From Cyanobacteria bacterium J06634_5 (GTDB lineage Bacteria; Cyanobacteriota; Cyanobacteriia; Phormidesmidales; Phormidesmidaceae), in assembly GCA_039820525.1 (NCBI GenBank), contig JBCBPY010000005.1, positions 89,764-153,763 on the forward strand: DNA of 64,000 bases. The letters are read 5' to 3'. Position numbers and translations under genes: made by a program. Position 1 is the first letter of the stretch. Each line of letters begins with the position of its first letter. Under the pieces are notes generated by a model. That model was not told where the DNA came from. It searched no databases and was given only the letters and a program-made list of their open reading frames with translations. This document shows positions 17,976-27,009 of this stretch, piece by piece.

Positions 17976-19814
17976 TTACAAGAGCTTACGAGCAGAAGGC
18001 CCTTTTAACGGCTGTGAGAAAAAATTCCCTTGACCATAGCTACACTGCAACTGTCGGAGTTCTAGAAGCTGCTCATCGCGTTCAATACCTTCGGCAATTA
18101 CCCGTAGATCTAACCCCTTGGCCAGCGCCAAAATCGCCTTGAGAATCACTTCTCCATGAGGAGGGCTCTCCTGTTGGGTAATCGGCATCTTGCCAGCGCC
18201 CAAACAGCGTACAAAAGACCGATCTATTTTCAATACGTCTACTGGAAATTGATGCAGGTAGCAGAGAGAGGAATATCCCGTACCAAAGTCGTCCAAGCTA
18301 ACACTGACACCGAGCGCTTTAACCTGAATAAGCGTCTCAATGACACGCTGCGTGTCACCAATCATCACGCTTTCTGTAATTTCTAAGTTCAGCTGGTGAG
18401 GTGCCATAGAATGCTCACACAACAGCTGTTGAACATAGTCAGCCAAATCGGGTTCGGCCAGGTGCGCTGCCGATAAATTAACGCTCAGCGAGGGTCTCAG
18501 TGCTGAAGACGGAGAAGACCAGCTACTGATTTGCGCACAAGCGGTTTGCATCACCCAGCGATCAATGGCCACCATCAAGCCCATCTCCTCGGCGGCAGGC
18601 AAAAAAGCACTAGGGCTAAGCAATCCACGCGTAGGATGTTGCCATCGCACCAAGGCTTCAAAGCCGATCGTTCGAGCACTTTGAAGATCAACAATGGGTT
18701 GGTAGCGAACCCGCAGCTGCTTCCGGTGAATGGCCATTTTTAGAGCTTGCCGAAACTGAACCTGAGAAATGGTGTCAGACTGCATAGACGGATGGAATAG
18801 GGCATAGCGACTCTCAGCATCCGCCGTAGGGCTGTAAATATAATGGCTGTAGACAGCGGCTGAAGAGCGCTCCAGCCCAGGGTCTAGCGCAGCTTTGGCC
18901 TTAGACATCGCCAGAACTGCCTGGGTAAGTAGCTCGATAAAACTACGCTCACAGGTTTGAGCAGTAACAGCACCACTATATTGAGGGCCATATTGAGACG
19001 CTGTAAGGGATTGAGACGCTGTAAGGGATTGAGGCGCTGTAACAGCCGAAGCTTCCTGATTTTCAAAGGCTAATAAAGCAATCCCCAGACGCCCGCTTAG
19101 GATCAAACTCTGACCGTTGATTTTGAAGGGACGGCTGAGGATTTGAAACAGGCGCTCAGCATACTGGCAAAGCTGAGCACTGCCAGAATTAGCCGCGTGG
19201 GAACGCGGCAATGTCAGCAATAGGGCAAACTCATCGGCCCCGATTCTGGCTAGCGTCACCGACTCACCAAAGCCCGCTTTAAGACGACAACTCACCTGCC
19301 AAAGCACCTCATCGCCCGCATCGTGGCCGAAAACATCGTTGATTGCGCTAAACCGATTGAGGTTGATACAAAGCAGCGCAATATCAGCAGTGCGGTTGCT
19401 TTTGAGGAGATCGTTACCGATGACAATGAGTTGTTTACGGTTGATGAGCCCGGTCAGGGAATCGGTGGCTGAGAGGGTGTGAATTTGGTGATCGCGCCGA
19501 TGCACAAGGTCGGTCAGTCGCTGAATACGAAGCCATAGGAAGGTGAAAGACAGGCCCAATACACCAGTTAATAAACCAAGACCCAACGTGGGATAGCCCA
19601 GCGGCAGGGGTTGCGCTTGCCAAGGTTCAGGTAAGGTAGAGCGCGATCCAATCGTCCCATGTGGCTGATGGTTAATTGACTGTGACCGATTGCCATGAAG
19701 ATTGGCAGAGACAACGGCAGAGGACTTAAGAAACAACCCTTCAGAACTAGAGTGCGCAACGGCGTCAGGCTGAAGAAATGCTGATATCTCATCTAGTTTC
19801 ATGGGGGTCAGCAT
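17976..19814 (-). CDS. Membrane-anchored GGDEF-EAL signalling protein (GGDEF motif degenerate, EAL intact)
   Basis: 612 aa. One TM segment, a GGDEF domain reading RIGADEF, and an EAL domain with FEALVRWQHP and DDFGTGYSS. Confidence 0.85.
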   Translation of the reverse strand: MLTPMKLDEISAFLQPDAVAHSSSEGLFLKSSAVVSANLHGNRSQSINHQPHGTIGSRSTLPEPWQAQPLPLGYPTLGLGLLTGVLGLSFTFLWLRIQRLTDLVHRRDHQIHTLSATDSLTGLINRKQLIVIGNDLLKSNRTADIALLCINLNRFSAINDVFGHDAGDEVLWQVSCRLKAGFGESVTLARIGADEFALLLTLPRSHAANSGSAQLCQYAERLFQILSRPFKINGQSLILSGRLGIALLAFENQEASAVTAPQSLTASQSLTASQYGPQYSGAVTAQTCERSFIELLTQAVLAMSKAKAALDPGLERSSAAVYSHYIYSPTADAESRYALFHPSMQSDTISQVQFRQALKMAIHRKQLRVRYQPIVDLQSARTIGFEALVRWQHPTRGLLSPSAFLPAAEEMGLMVAIDRWVMQTACAQISSWSSPSSALRPSLSVNLSAAHLAEPDLADYVQQLLCEHSMAPHQLNLEITESVMIGDTQRVIETLIQVKALGVSVSLDDFGTGYSSLCYLHQFPVDVLKIDRSFVRCLGAGKMPITQQESPPHGEVILKAILALAKGLDLRVIAEGIERDEQLLELRQLQCSYGQGNFFSQPLKGPSARKLL

Positions 19815-20166
19815 TAAAGCGGGGAGCTGAAGGACGAGGCGTAGGCTTTAAGAAATTAGTTCTGATGCACTCATAGTTCCATAGAACAATCCTACGGGTC
19901 AGTTTTGCCAGTAAGTTCTATAGATTGTTTAGATCTTTACGTAGTGACCCAGATCACCTTTTGCTGACTTTAAAGGGGCCAAAAAACAACTGATGTCTTG
20001 CCAGTCACTGATGCCTTAAACGGCCTTCCCAAAAAAGAACTAACGGAAGAAATTAACGGATGTATTACCGTCAAGCAAAAAATAATTGGGGCTAACAAAG
20101 TAAAGAAGACATCACTCTGAGATAGCGCCGTCAATATCACTATCTCAAGGATGACCATGTACGGCG

Positions 20167-20215
20167 AAAACAGGTCCGCAAAATCGGTGTGGAAGCGTGT
20201 TTGCGGACCTGTTTT
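20167..20215. terminator. Strong symmetric A4-hairpin-T4 element (bidirectional terminator-like) in an ORF-poor AT-rich gap
   Basis: Perfect 16-bp stem aaaacaggtccgcaaa / tttgcggacctgtttt (20167-20182 / 20200-20215) with a 17-nt loop. Confidence 0.5.
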
Positions 20216-20770
20216 CGGACCTTAATGAGCTAAAAAATGAGCTGACAAAGCGATTGAGCAAGTTAAAGGTGTGTATTAACGAGTTTATGAGACCAAAACA
20301 CTTTTAGGGAGTGATTTTTTCTGAGCTATGTGGTTTTGAAAAACAAAATCAAAACAGCTTAGAGAGAATCGCAAAAGGGTCATTAAATAAGCTATTCAGG
20401 CAACTCTATGAGATGAGATCCGGTAAAGAAGCGTGGGTGTTAATCAACGCCAAAAATACATCACAGCTAACCGATAGTATGCGGTTACGTTACAAATACT
20501 TTCAAAGGTCGTTAGACAGCCTCAGTGACTAATGATTATTCATTCATCACTACCGACGCACAGGTTATCCTAGACTCTACCAGATGGTTGTACGGACATG
20601 GGTGTAGGGCATAACCACACACAACCCGCTGAACGATATCCTTAAATAGAGGGCCCTTAAGCCCTCGTATTGGCTGCTTTAGATAGGGACAGCTATCGGT
20701 GCCAACGGTTGCTGTGTCCTGCTAATGTCTGACCTTTGTGTCTGACCCTTGTGTTTTTCTCACACCTCCT

Positions 20771-22051
20771 ATGCAGATATATCTGGATTACAGTGCGACG
20801 ACGCCTACTCGACCGGAGGCGATCGCAGCCATGCACTCGGCGATGGAGCAGCACTGGGGAAATGCATCTAGCCTGCACCAGTGGGGCAATCGCGCTGCCA
20901 CAGCCTTGGAGCGATCTCGCATAAAGGTCGCTGGGCTGCTCAACGTCGCTGATGAGGTTGCCGCTAAGGCCATTGTGTTTACCGCCGGTGGCAGCGAGGC
21001 CAATAACTTAGCCATCCTGGGGACCGCGCAGCAGTACGATCAGCCACAGCATCTTATTATTTCCTCAGTAGAGCACTCAGCAGTTGCAGAACCTGCGCGC
21101 CAGCTAGCCGCCAAAGGTTGGCAGGTAACACAATTACCTGTCAATCGCGATGGTACCGTCCATCCTGATACGCTACGCAGTGCCCTTCAGCCCAATACGG
21201 CATTGGTTTCTATCATCTATGGTCAAAGTGAGGTGGGCACGCTTCAACCCATTGCCGAACTCGGCGCGATCGCGCGATCGCAGGGCGTTCTTTTTCACAC
21301 CGATGCTGTACAAGTTGCGGGCCGCCTGCCGATAGATGTTCAGCAGCTACCTGTCGACTTACTATCACTCTCTAGCCACAAGATATACGGCCCCCAGGGA
21401 GCAGGCGCGCTGTATATTCGGCCAAATATTCGGCCAGATATTCGGCCAAGTATTCAGTCAGATAATTGGCCAGTGCCTCCCTCTTCGACGGTACTATCGC
21501 CGATTATCTGGGGCGGTGGTCAAGAGCAAGGGCTACGCTCTGGCACGCAGGCCGTACCAGCGATTGTGGGCTTTGGCGTGGCGGCCGAGCTAGCGGCCAA
21601 GGAAATGCCGACCGAAACGCTGCGGTTGATTCACTTGCGCGATCGCTTCTTTTCACTCATGGCTGAGACCCCTGGATTAGAGCCAACCGGAGATCCTCGC
21701 AATCGATTACCGCATCACGTTAGCTTCTGTCTGCCGCACACCCAGTCCACGCACGAACCTGTGACCGGAAAAGCACTCGTACGTCAAATGAATCTGGCGG
21801 GAATCGGGATCAGCGCTGGGTCCGCTTGCCACAGCGGTCAGCTCAGTCCCAGTCCCATTTTGAAAGCAATGGGCTATGACGATACCTGTGCTAAAAGCGG
21901 TATCCGATTAACGCTGGGTCGGCACACCACAGAAGCAGATATTGATTGGAGTGCTACGGTTCTCAAGCAGCTTTTAGCTCGACTTAGGCCCAGGCCCTCA
22001 GTTCTTCAGGCGCATAGTCGAAGCTCTGCCCATCACAGTATAATTTCGTAA
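20771..22051 (+). CDS. Cysteine desulfurase (NifS/IscS class V aminotransferase family)
   Basis: Start chosen at MQIYLDYSATTP (ATG 20771); the track starts at 20738. PLP lysine in SSHKIYGP, catalytic Cys in SAGSACHSG. Contains a 12-bp-repeat insertion (PNIRPDIRPSIQ). Confidence 0.85.
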   Translation: MQIYLDYSATTPTRPEAIAAMHSAMEQHWGNASSLHQWGNRAATALERSRIKVAGLLNVADEVAAKAIVFTAGGSEANNLAILGTAQQYDQPQHLIISSVEHSAVAEPARQLAAKGWQVTQLPVNRDGTVHPDTLRSALQPNTALVSIIYGQSEVGTLQPIAELGAIARSQGVLFHTDAVQVAGRLPIDVQQLPVDLLSLSSHKIYGPQGAGALYIRPNIRPDIRPSIQSDNWPVPPSSTVLSPIIWGGGQEQGLRSGTQAVPAIVGFGVAAELAAKEMPTETLRLIHLRDRFFSLMAETPGLEPTGDPRNRLPHHVSFCLPHTQSTHEPVTGKALVRQMNLAGIGISAGSACHSGQLSPSPILKAMGYDDTCAKSGIRLTLGRHTTEADIDWSATVLKQLLARLRPRPSVLQAHSRSSAHHSIIS

Positions 22052-22936
22052 ATGCCTGTCGTTTCGTCAGCCCTTTCGAGCCGGTTTGTACAGCCGCTTT
22101 TTCCCATGCCCTCTCCCGCTTCAGCGAGTGTCGATCCGTCTGATAATGCTTTTGAGGCCACCCCTCCTACAGGGACCTCGGCGGACGAGCCCCCTACGGC
22201 CCAAAGTGTAATTCCCAACAGTTTAGAAGCCGCCACCGAGCAGGCTAAAGCGGCTGTAAAAGCGGCCCTCGCGGCAGGCATAAGCCGTCTTCAGGTAGAG
22301 ATGGTGATTCCTGAGCTGAAGCATCAGCCCATTGCGCAGCAGTTGCTCACTATTTTCGAACAGCAACAGCTCAAAGTCTTTTTCCCAGACGCGGGGGCCG
22401 CAGCGCTCGCCCGCCGGGACTGGGGCAACCCTGAATTTACAATTCGTGGCCTCGGTGAGCTAGTTGATCCGGTTGACCCTGATGATGACATTTATTTAGT
22501 CGTCAATCCATCTTCTGTAGAAGTTGCCACGGTGGAATCACTCTGTAATACCGCGACCGACCAGCCCGTGATTTTGTTGAATCCTCAAATGGAAGATGTC
22601 GCAGTGGTGGGGATTGGCTACGCAGCTCGTCAAATTCGCGATCGCTTCCTCAGCCAAATAGAGTCCTGCTACTACCTACGTCCCTTAGAAGCCGCCGCCG
22701 TGTACCGCTGCTATCCAGGTCCGTGGCAGCTTTGGAAAGAAACCGCACCCAACCAGTACAGCTGGGTCAGTGATTTCGCCAACCGCCCTTCTGGGGAAGA
22801 CATTGAGCGATTGCTGTACGGTGACGCAGCGGCATCAGCAGAGGGCGAGACATCTAGTACAGCTGGAAAACCCGCTGGTCGAAAAAAAGGAATCTTCGCA
22901 GAACTTCAGCAGTTTTTGCGAGCACTCTCTCAATAA
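22052..22936 (+). CDS. DUF1995-like (LPA3-like) protein
   Basis: 294 aa. The ATG directly abuts the upstream TAA (taaatg). After a disordered N-terminus, the segment LEAATEQAKAAVKAALAAGISRLQVEMVIPELK resembles DUF1995 proteins from memory. Confidence 0.45.
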   Translation: MPVVSSALSSRFVQPLFPMPSPASASVDPSDNAFEATPPTGTSADEPPTAQSVIPNSLEAATEQAKAAVKAALAAGISRLQVEMVIPELKHQPIAQQLLTIFEQQQLKVFFPDAGAAALARRDWGNPEFTIRGLGELVDPVDPDDDIYLVVNPSSVEVATVESLCNTATDQPVILLNPQMEDVAVVGIGYAARQIRDRFLSQIESCYYLRPLEAAAVYRCYPGPWQLWKETAPNQYSWVSDFANRPSGEDIERLLYGDAAASAEGETSSTAGKPAGRKKGIFAELQQFLRALSQ

Positions 22937-23087
22937 GCACCCTTCCAGTAAGCACCCTTCGCAAGGAGCGCCAGCCAGCAGCCACCGCCCTCGCCATTAG
23001 CCGGCGCTATCTTACTCGGGGTATCCGCTTGAGGGCAAAAGCCTGACCTCAGAACGGACCTCAGAAAATGTTTCTTCACGCCCTCCC

Positions 23088-23699
23088 ATGGCCCTTTTCA
23101 TCCTCTACTGGCTCCTTATTGCACTAATGATTGTTGGCCTCGTAGGCGCTTTCGTTCCAGCGCTTCCAGGCATTGGCCTCATTGTTGTAGCCGTTGTAAT
23201 TTGGTCTTTTGCCACCGGATTTTCAGCCACAAGCTGGGCGCTTGGGACTGCAGTGGTCGCGCTGATTTTGAGCCTGGGGGTGAACTATTTAGCAACCTAC
23301 TTGGGTGCTAAAAAAGTCGGCGCTAGCAGCTGGGGCCAAGCCGGCGCAATGATTGGCATTGTCGTTGGCTTTTTAGGCTTATTGCCGGCCCTGCCCGTCG
23401 GTGGACCGCTTATCGGCATTTTATTTGGCACGATGCTGGGCGCATTCCTAGGCGAATTCATCTACCGGCGAGAGCTAGCGCTGGGTGAGCGGCTCAAGTT
23501 TTCTGGCACGGTGAGCCTAGCCGTCGTGGTGAGTTCTTTAGTCGGCACCTTGCTCGAGGGGCTATTGGCGCTCACTGCCGTCATTGTTTTTATTGTGACG
23601 ACGTGGTCTACGGTGAGTCCGCCAGCGTTGTCCCTACCCAGCCTCAGCATCCCCAATTTTAGTCCAGCCTTATTGTGGTTATTAATAGGCGGCCAATAG
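23088..23699 (+). CDS. DUF456-family membrane protein
   Basis: 203 aa, polytopic. LVGAFVPALPGIGL... and YLGAKKVGASSWGQAGAMIGIVVGF...GPLIGILFGTMLGAFLGEF match the DUF456 pattern. Confidence 0.6.
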   Translation: MALFILYWLLIALMIVGLVGAFVPALPGIGLIVVAVVIWSFATGFSATSWALGTAVVALILSLGVNYLATYLGAKKVGASSWGQAGAMIGIVVGFLGLLPALPVGGPLIGILFGTMLGAFLGEFIYRRELALGERLKFSGTVSLAVVVSSLVGTLLEGLLALTAVIVFIVTTWSTVSPPALSLPSLSIPNFSPALLWLLIGGQ

Positions 23700-24440
23700 G
23701 GCGTTAAAGAGCGGTTAAGCCGTAGCTAACCCGCATTTTGTACAATTTTCAGGCTCGCTCCGTAAGAATACGCAATAAATACGCAGGTTTTCTCAGTAGA
23801 CGAAGAGCGCTGAGTATTTTATCTAGGTAATAGCCGAAGCCAGGTTAAAGTCTCTGTGGGAGAGGCTTTCAACCTAAATGGGTAGACTGACAAGCCGTCA
23901 GCTTCATCGAATCTTTTTCAAAATAGGTCTAATCGGAAACATATTGCAGGCATTTGTCATCTTAAATTAAATAGAGCGAGCAGTACTTACACAGAGGCAT
24001 CGGTAATTATCCCGATTTTTTCGTGTTTAAGCAATATTCTGCATGCTTTCAGGTATTCCTGGTTTCGTGCACTACCTAAAACGCCTTCTATACAGATGTC
24101 CTTCTATACAGATGTATATAAGGGCCACGTTCAATCGTTTTACTCTCGATTGTTTTGAAGAGACCGATTGTTTTGAAGAGACAACGCTTCAGTAACGATA
24201 TCTATCGTCATCATGGCAGCGATGGGTCTTACTATTCGCTCTGGCAATGAGTCTTGAAAAAATAGAAATCCTTGGCAACTAAAGTCCTTGGAGAATACCT
24301 CACGAGCCCCGTCATTTGGCATGTCATTTGGCAGTTGCCTCGCTGAGAAGTCGCTATTGATTAAGAGAAAGAGAACAGTCACTGAAAAGCAGCAACTGGA
24401 AAATAAGCAACTGGAAGACACTGGAGCACCCGGCGCAAAG

Positions 24441-25217
24441 ATGGCAAAGACAGCAAAAACAGCACACGCGGCAAAGCCAACAGCTCAGGGCAAGATAGAG
24501 GCATTGCAGGCATTAATAGATACCGAAACGCATTTTCCCATTCTGGCACTGGGCGTTTCTATCTGGAATCGATGGCGAGCTGCCGAACCGCTGACAACGC
24601 CAAATCTTAGGAATGCAGACTTAAGCTCTCTGCATTTAGAGAGCATCAACCTTTGTCGAGCTGATTTGAGAGGCGCTACGCTCAACAATGCAAACCTTTA
24701 CGATGCGGACTTTCAGGATGCAGATTTGAGGGAGGCCAATTTGACCCGCGCTATGTTGGTGGGCGCTAACCTACACAACGCCAGACTCTGCGGCGCAATG
24801 CTGAAGAACGCGTATTTGGCACAAAGCGACCTCAGTCAGGCTGACTTTACCGGCGCTCACATGCAAAAGGCTGACTTCAAGGAGGCGCTCTTGACCAAAG
24901 CTATTTTTGCAAATGCGCGCATCGCGGAGGCTGACTTAGCGACCAGCGTGGATCTTACACAGCCACAGCTTAATAGTGCAAAAGATGCGCACCTAGCCTG
25001 CTTCGATACGGCACTCCCCGCACTGCTACCACAGAAAATTTCCGAGAAGGTGGCGACTGCACAGCCAGCAGCTCGTCGCTCTGCTGTAGGCACATCTAAG
25101 CGGGACAAGGTGGCGCTGCAACCCGTCGCAGTGAATCGTTCCATTGATGTGTTTCAACCCGTTGCACGTGAGAAGCGACTGGGTCAGCCAGCATTGAGAG
25201 AATTGGCGGTCGGCTAA
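24441..25217 (+). CDS. Pentapeptide-repeat protein
   Basis: Long run of A(D/N)LxX pentapeptides (ADLRGATLNNANLYDADFQDADLREANLTRAMLVGANLHNARL...). Start placed at ATG 24441; the track ORF starts at TTG 24288. Confidence 0.8.
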   Translation: MAKTAKTAHAAKPTAQGKIEALQALIDTETHFPILALGVSIWNRWRAAEPLTTPNLRNADLSSLHLESINLCRADLRGATLNNANLYDADFQDADLREANLTRAMLVGANLHNARLCGAMLKNAYLAQSDLSQADFTGAHMQKADFKEALLTKAIFANARIAEADLATSVDLTQPQLNSAKDAHLACFDTALPALLPQKISEKVATAQPAARRSAVGTSKRDKVALQPVAVNRSIDVFQPVAREKRLGQPALRELAVG

Positions 25218-25342
25218 TCAGGTTGGCTAATCAAGTCGGTTAATCAATCAATGGCCTGGAGGGCAATCATAACTGCCCTTTGCGGCTTGCTAAGCACCTA
25301 GCTTTGTAGACCAAGGGTTGTAGCCATTCGTGGTGGCGTGAT

Positions 25343-25412
25343 CTAAGGGCAGAAGGCTAAGGGCAGAAGGCTAAGGGCAGAAGGCTAAGGGCAGAAGGCT
25401 AAGAGCAGAAGG
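25343..25412. repeat. Tandem repeat, 14 bp x 5 (ctaagggcagaagg)
   Basis: Four exact units and one 1-mismatch unit read directly from the sequence. Intergenic. Confidence 0.95.
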
Positions 25413-25484
25413 TTATAGCTTTGGCAATCATTAGCTCTCTACTTGAGTTGTGTATCGTTGACCCGTAACAAACCATTCACTGCG

Positions 25485-25525
25485 AAAAGGTCTGCCTCTA
25501 GAACAGGAGGCAGACCTTTTGTTTT
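25485..25525. terminator. Bidirectional intrinsic terminator between convergent genes
   Basis: 14-bp perfect stem aaaaggtctgcctc / gaggcagacctttt with an 8-nt loop. A-tract on the left and gtttt on the right. Confidence 0.7.
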
Positions 25526-25535
25526 GCGGTCAGCG

Positions 25536-26738
25536 CTATGCGCTAGCAGCCAAAGGACTATAGCGAATGTTGGCCTTTCGCAAACGCTCAATAGCTTCAC
25601 CGAGGCGATCGCACTCTTCAATCAAGCTAATGCGAACGTAGCCTTCGCCGCCTTCGCCAAACGCAGTACCTGGCGTGACCACAATGCCGGTTTTTTGTAG
25701 CAGCAAAAAGGCAAAGTCAGCAGCGCTGATCCCAGGCGGGCACTCCACCCACAGGTACATAGCAGCGGTCGGCTTCGTGACACGCCAGCCGAGCGTGGCT
25801 AGCTCATCGACCAAGAAATCACGACGGGTACGGTAGCGATGCTGTACCGCTTCTAAATACTTATCGGGCAGTTCCAATGCCGTTTCGGCAGCGGTTTGTA
25901 GCGCTGAAAAAATGCCATAGTCCAAGTTGGTTTTTAGGGTACGCAGCCCTTGAATCACATGCCGATTGCCCACCACAAATCCAATTCGCCAACCCGCCAT
26001 GTTGTAAGTTTTTGAGAGCGTATGAAATTCAACGCTAATCTCTCTAGCACCCGGAATTTCTAGCAGGCTCGTCGGCTGGTAACCGTCAAAGGCGAGCTCT
26101 GCATAGCAAAGATCGTGGATGAGCAAAATTTGATGACGATGGCCGAAAGCCACCATCTCTTCAAAAAACTCGCGCGGGGCCACCGCGCCAGTGGGGTTGT
26201 TGGGGTAGTTGAAATAGAGAACCTTGGCACGTTTGGCCAAATCATCTGAAATATCGTTGAAATCAATAATCCAGTCATTTTCCGCCTTTAGCTGAATCGT
26301 GTGAATATCCGCCCCGGCGATCGCCGGCCCGCGAAAGTGCGCAGGATACGCGGGCGTTGGCACAATCACAACATCTCCCGGATCGATGTAGGCCATGGCC
26401 AAATGCCCCAGCCCCTCTTTAGAGCCCATCAGCGGCAGGGCTTCTCCCTCTGGATCAAGCGTCACGCCGTATCGGCGGTGGTACCAGCGGGTAATAGTTT
26501 GGCGAAAGCTAGCGGTGCCTTCAAAAGGGGGGTAGCCGTGGGTATCGGCATCGCGCATCGCCTCGATCGCCGCTTGGATAACAGGTTCAGGTGCAGGCCC
26601 ACCCGGGTTGCCCATACCCAAGTCAATTAGGTCGATGCCTTCGGCTCTTGCATTTGCCTTGAGTTCATCTAAGCGAGCAAACACATAAGGGGGCAGGGAA
26701 CTCAGCCGTTGGGCAGGTTTCAACCAGTCTAAAGTCAT
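25536..26738 (-). CDS. Class I/II PLP-dependent aminotransferase (AspC/AlaT-like)
   Basis: Start chosen at MTLDWLKPAQRLSSLPPYVFARLDELK (ATG 26738); the track extends to 26801. PLP-lysine motif SKTYNMAGWRIGF. Confidence 0.85.
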   Translation of the reverse strand: MTLDWLKPAQRLSSLPPYVFARLDELKANARAEGIDLIDLGMGNPGGPAPEPVIQAAIEAMRDADTHGYPPFEGTASFRQTITRWYHRRYGVTLDPEGEALPLMGSKEGLGHLAMAYIDPGDVVIVPTPAYPAHFRGPAIAGADIHTIQLKAENDWIIDFNDISDDLAKRAKVLYFNYPNNPTGAVAPREFFEEMVAFGHRHQILLIHDLCYAELAFDGYQPTSLLEIPGAREISVEFHTLSKTYNMAGWRIGFVVGNRHVIQGLRTLKTNLDYGIFSALQTAAETALELPDKYLEAVQHRYRTRRDFLVDELATLGWRVTKPTAAMYLWVECPPGISAADFAFLLLQKTGIVVTPGTAFGEGGEGYVRISLIEECDRLGEAIERLRKANIRYSPLAASA

Positions 26739-26843
26739 CGGGAGGCTACCTCTGGGTCTATCGCTTGCCCTATTGCCTGCATATCTCCGCAGGAAAGGCA
26801 TTACTTAATATAGAAGAGAAGGTAACCCCAATGCCGAAACATT

Positions 26844-26918
26844 GCTTTCAACGTCACAGCTTTCAACGTTACAGCTTTCAACGTCACGGCCCTCAACGTC
26901 ACAGCCTTCGACGTTACA
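26844..26918. repeat. Tandem repeat, 15 bp x 5 (gctttcaacgtcaca and variants)
   Basis: Five consecutive 15-mers with 0-3 substitutions each. Lies ~105 bp upstream of the aminotransferase start. Confidence 0.9.
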
Positions 26919-27009
26919 GACGGGCGTTGGGACAGACAGGCTTTAGAACAGCTGAGCGGGCCTTGTCTAGAAGCGGTGGCGGTCAGAAGAAAATCATAGG
27001 CTGCACTTT

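Noticed and set aside
19970-20532. Two small ORFs (62 aa minus strand, 73 aa plus strand) in the AT-rich gap.
   Set aside because: No recognisable domains or RBS, and the AT-rich composition generates such ORFs by chance. I did not call them as genes.
24140-24421. 93-aa minus-strand ORF upstream of the pentapeptide-repeat gene.
   Set aside because: It runs through the 18-bp x 2 and 12-bp x 2 tandem repeats and has Cys/Ser/Phe-rich low complexity, so it is likely an artefact of the intergenic repeats.
25343-25412. I considered the tandem arrays (this one, 26844-26918 and others) as possible CRISPR arrays.
   Set aside because: The units are contiguous with no spacers, are only 12-24 bp long, and have at most 5 copies. 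No cas genes are present in the window.
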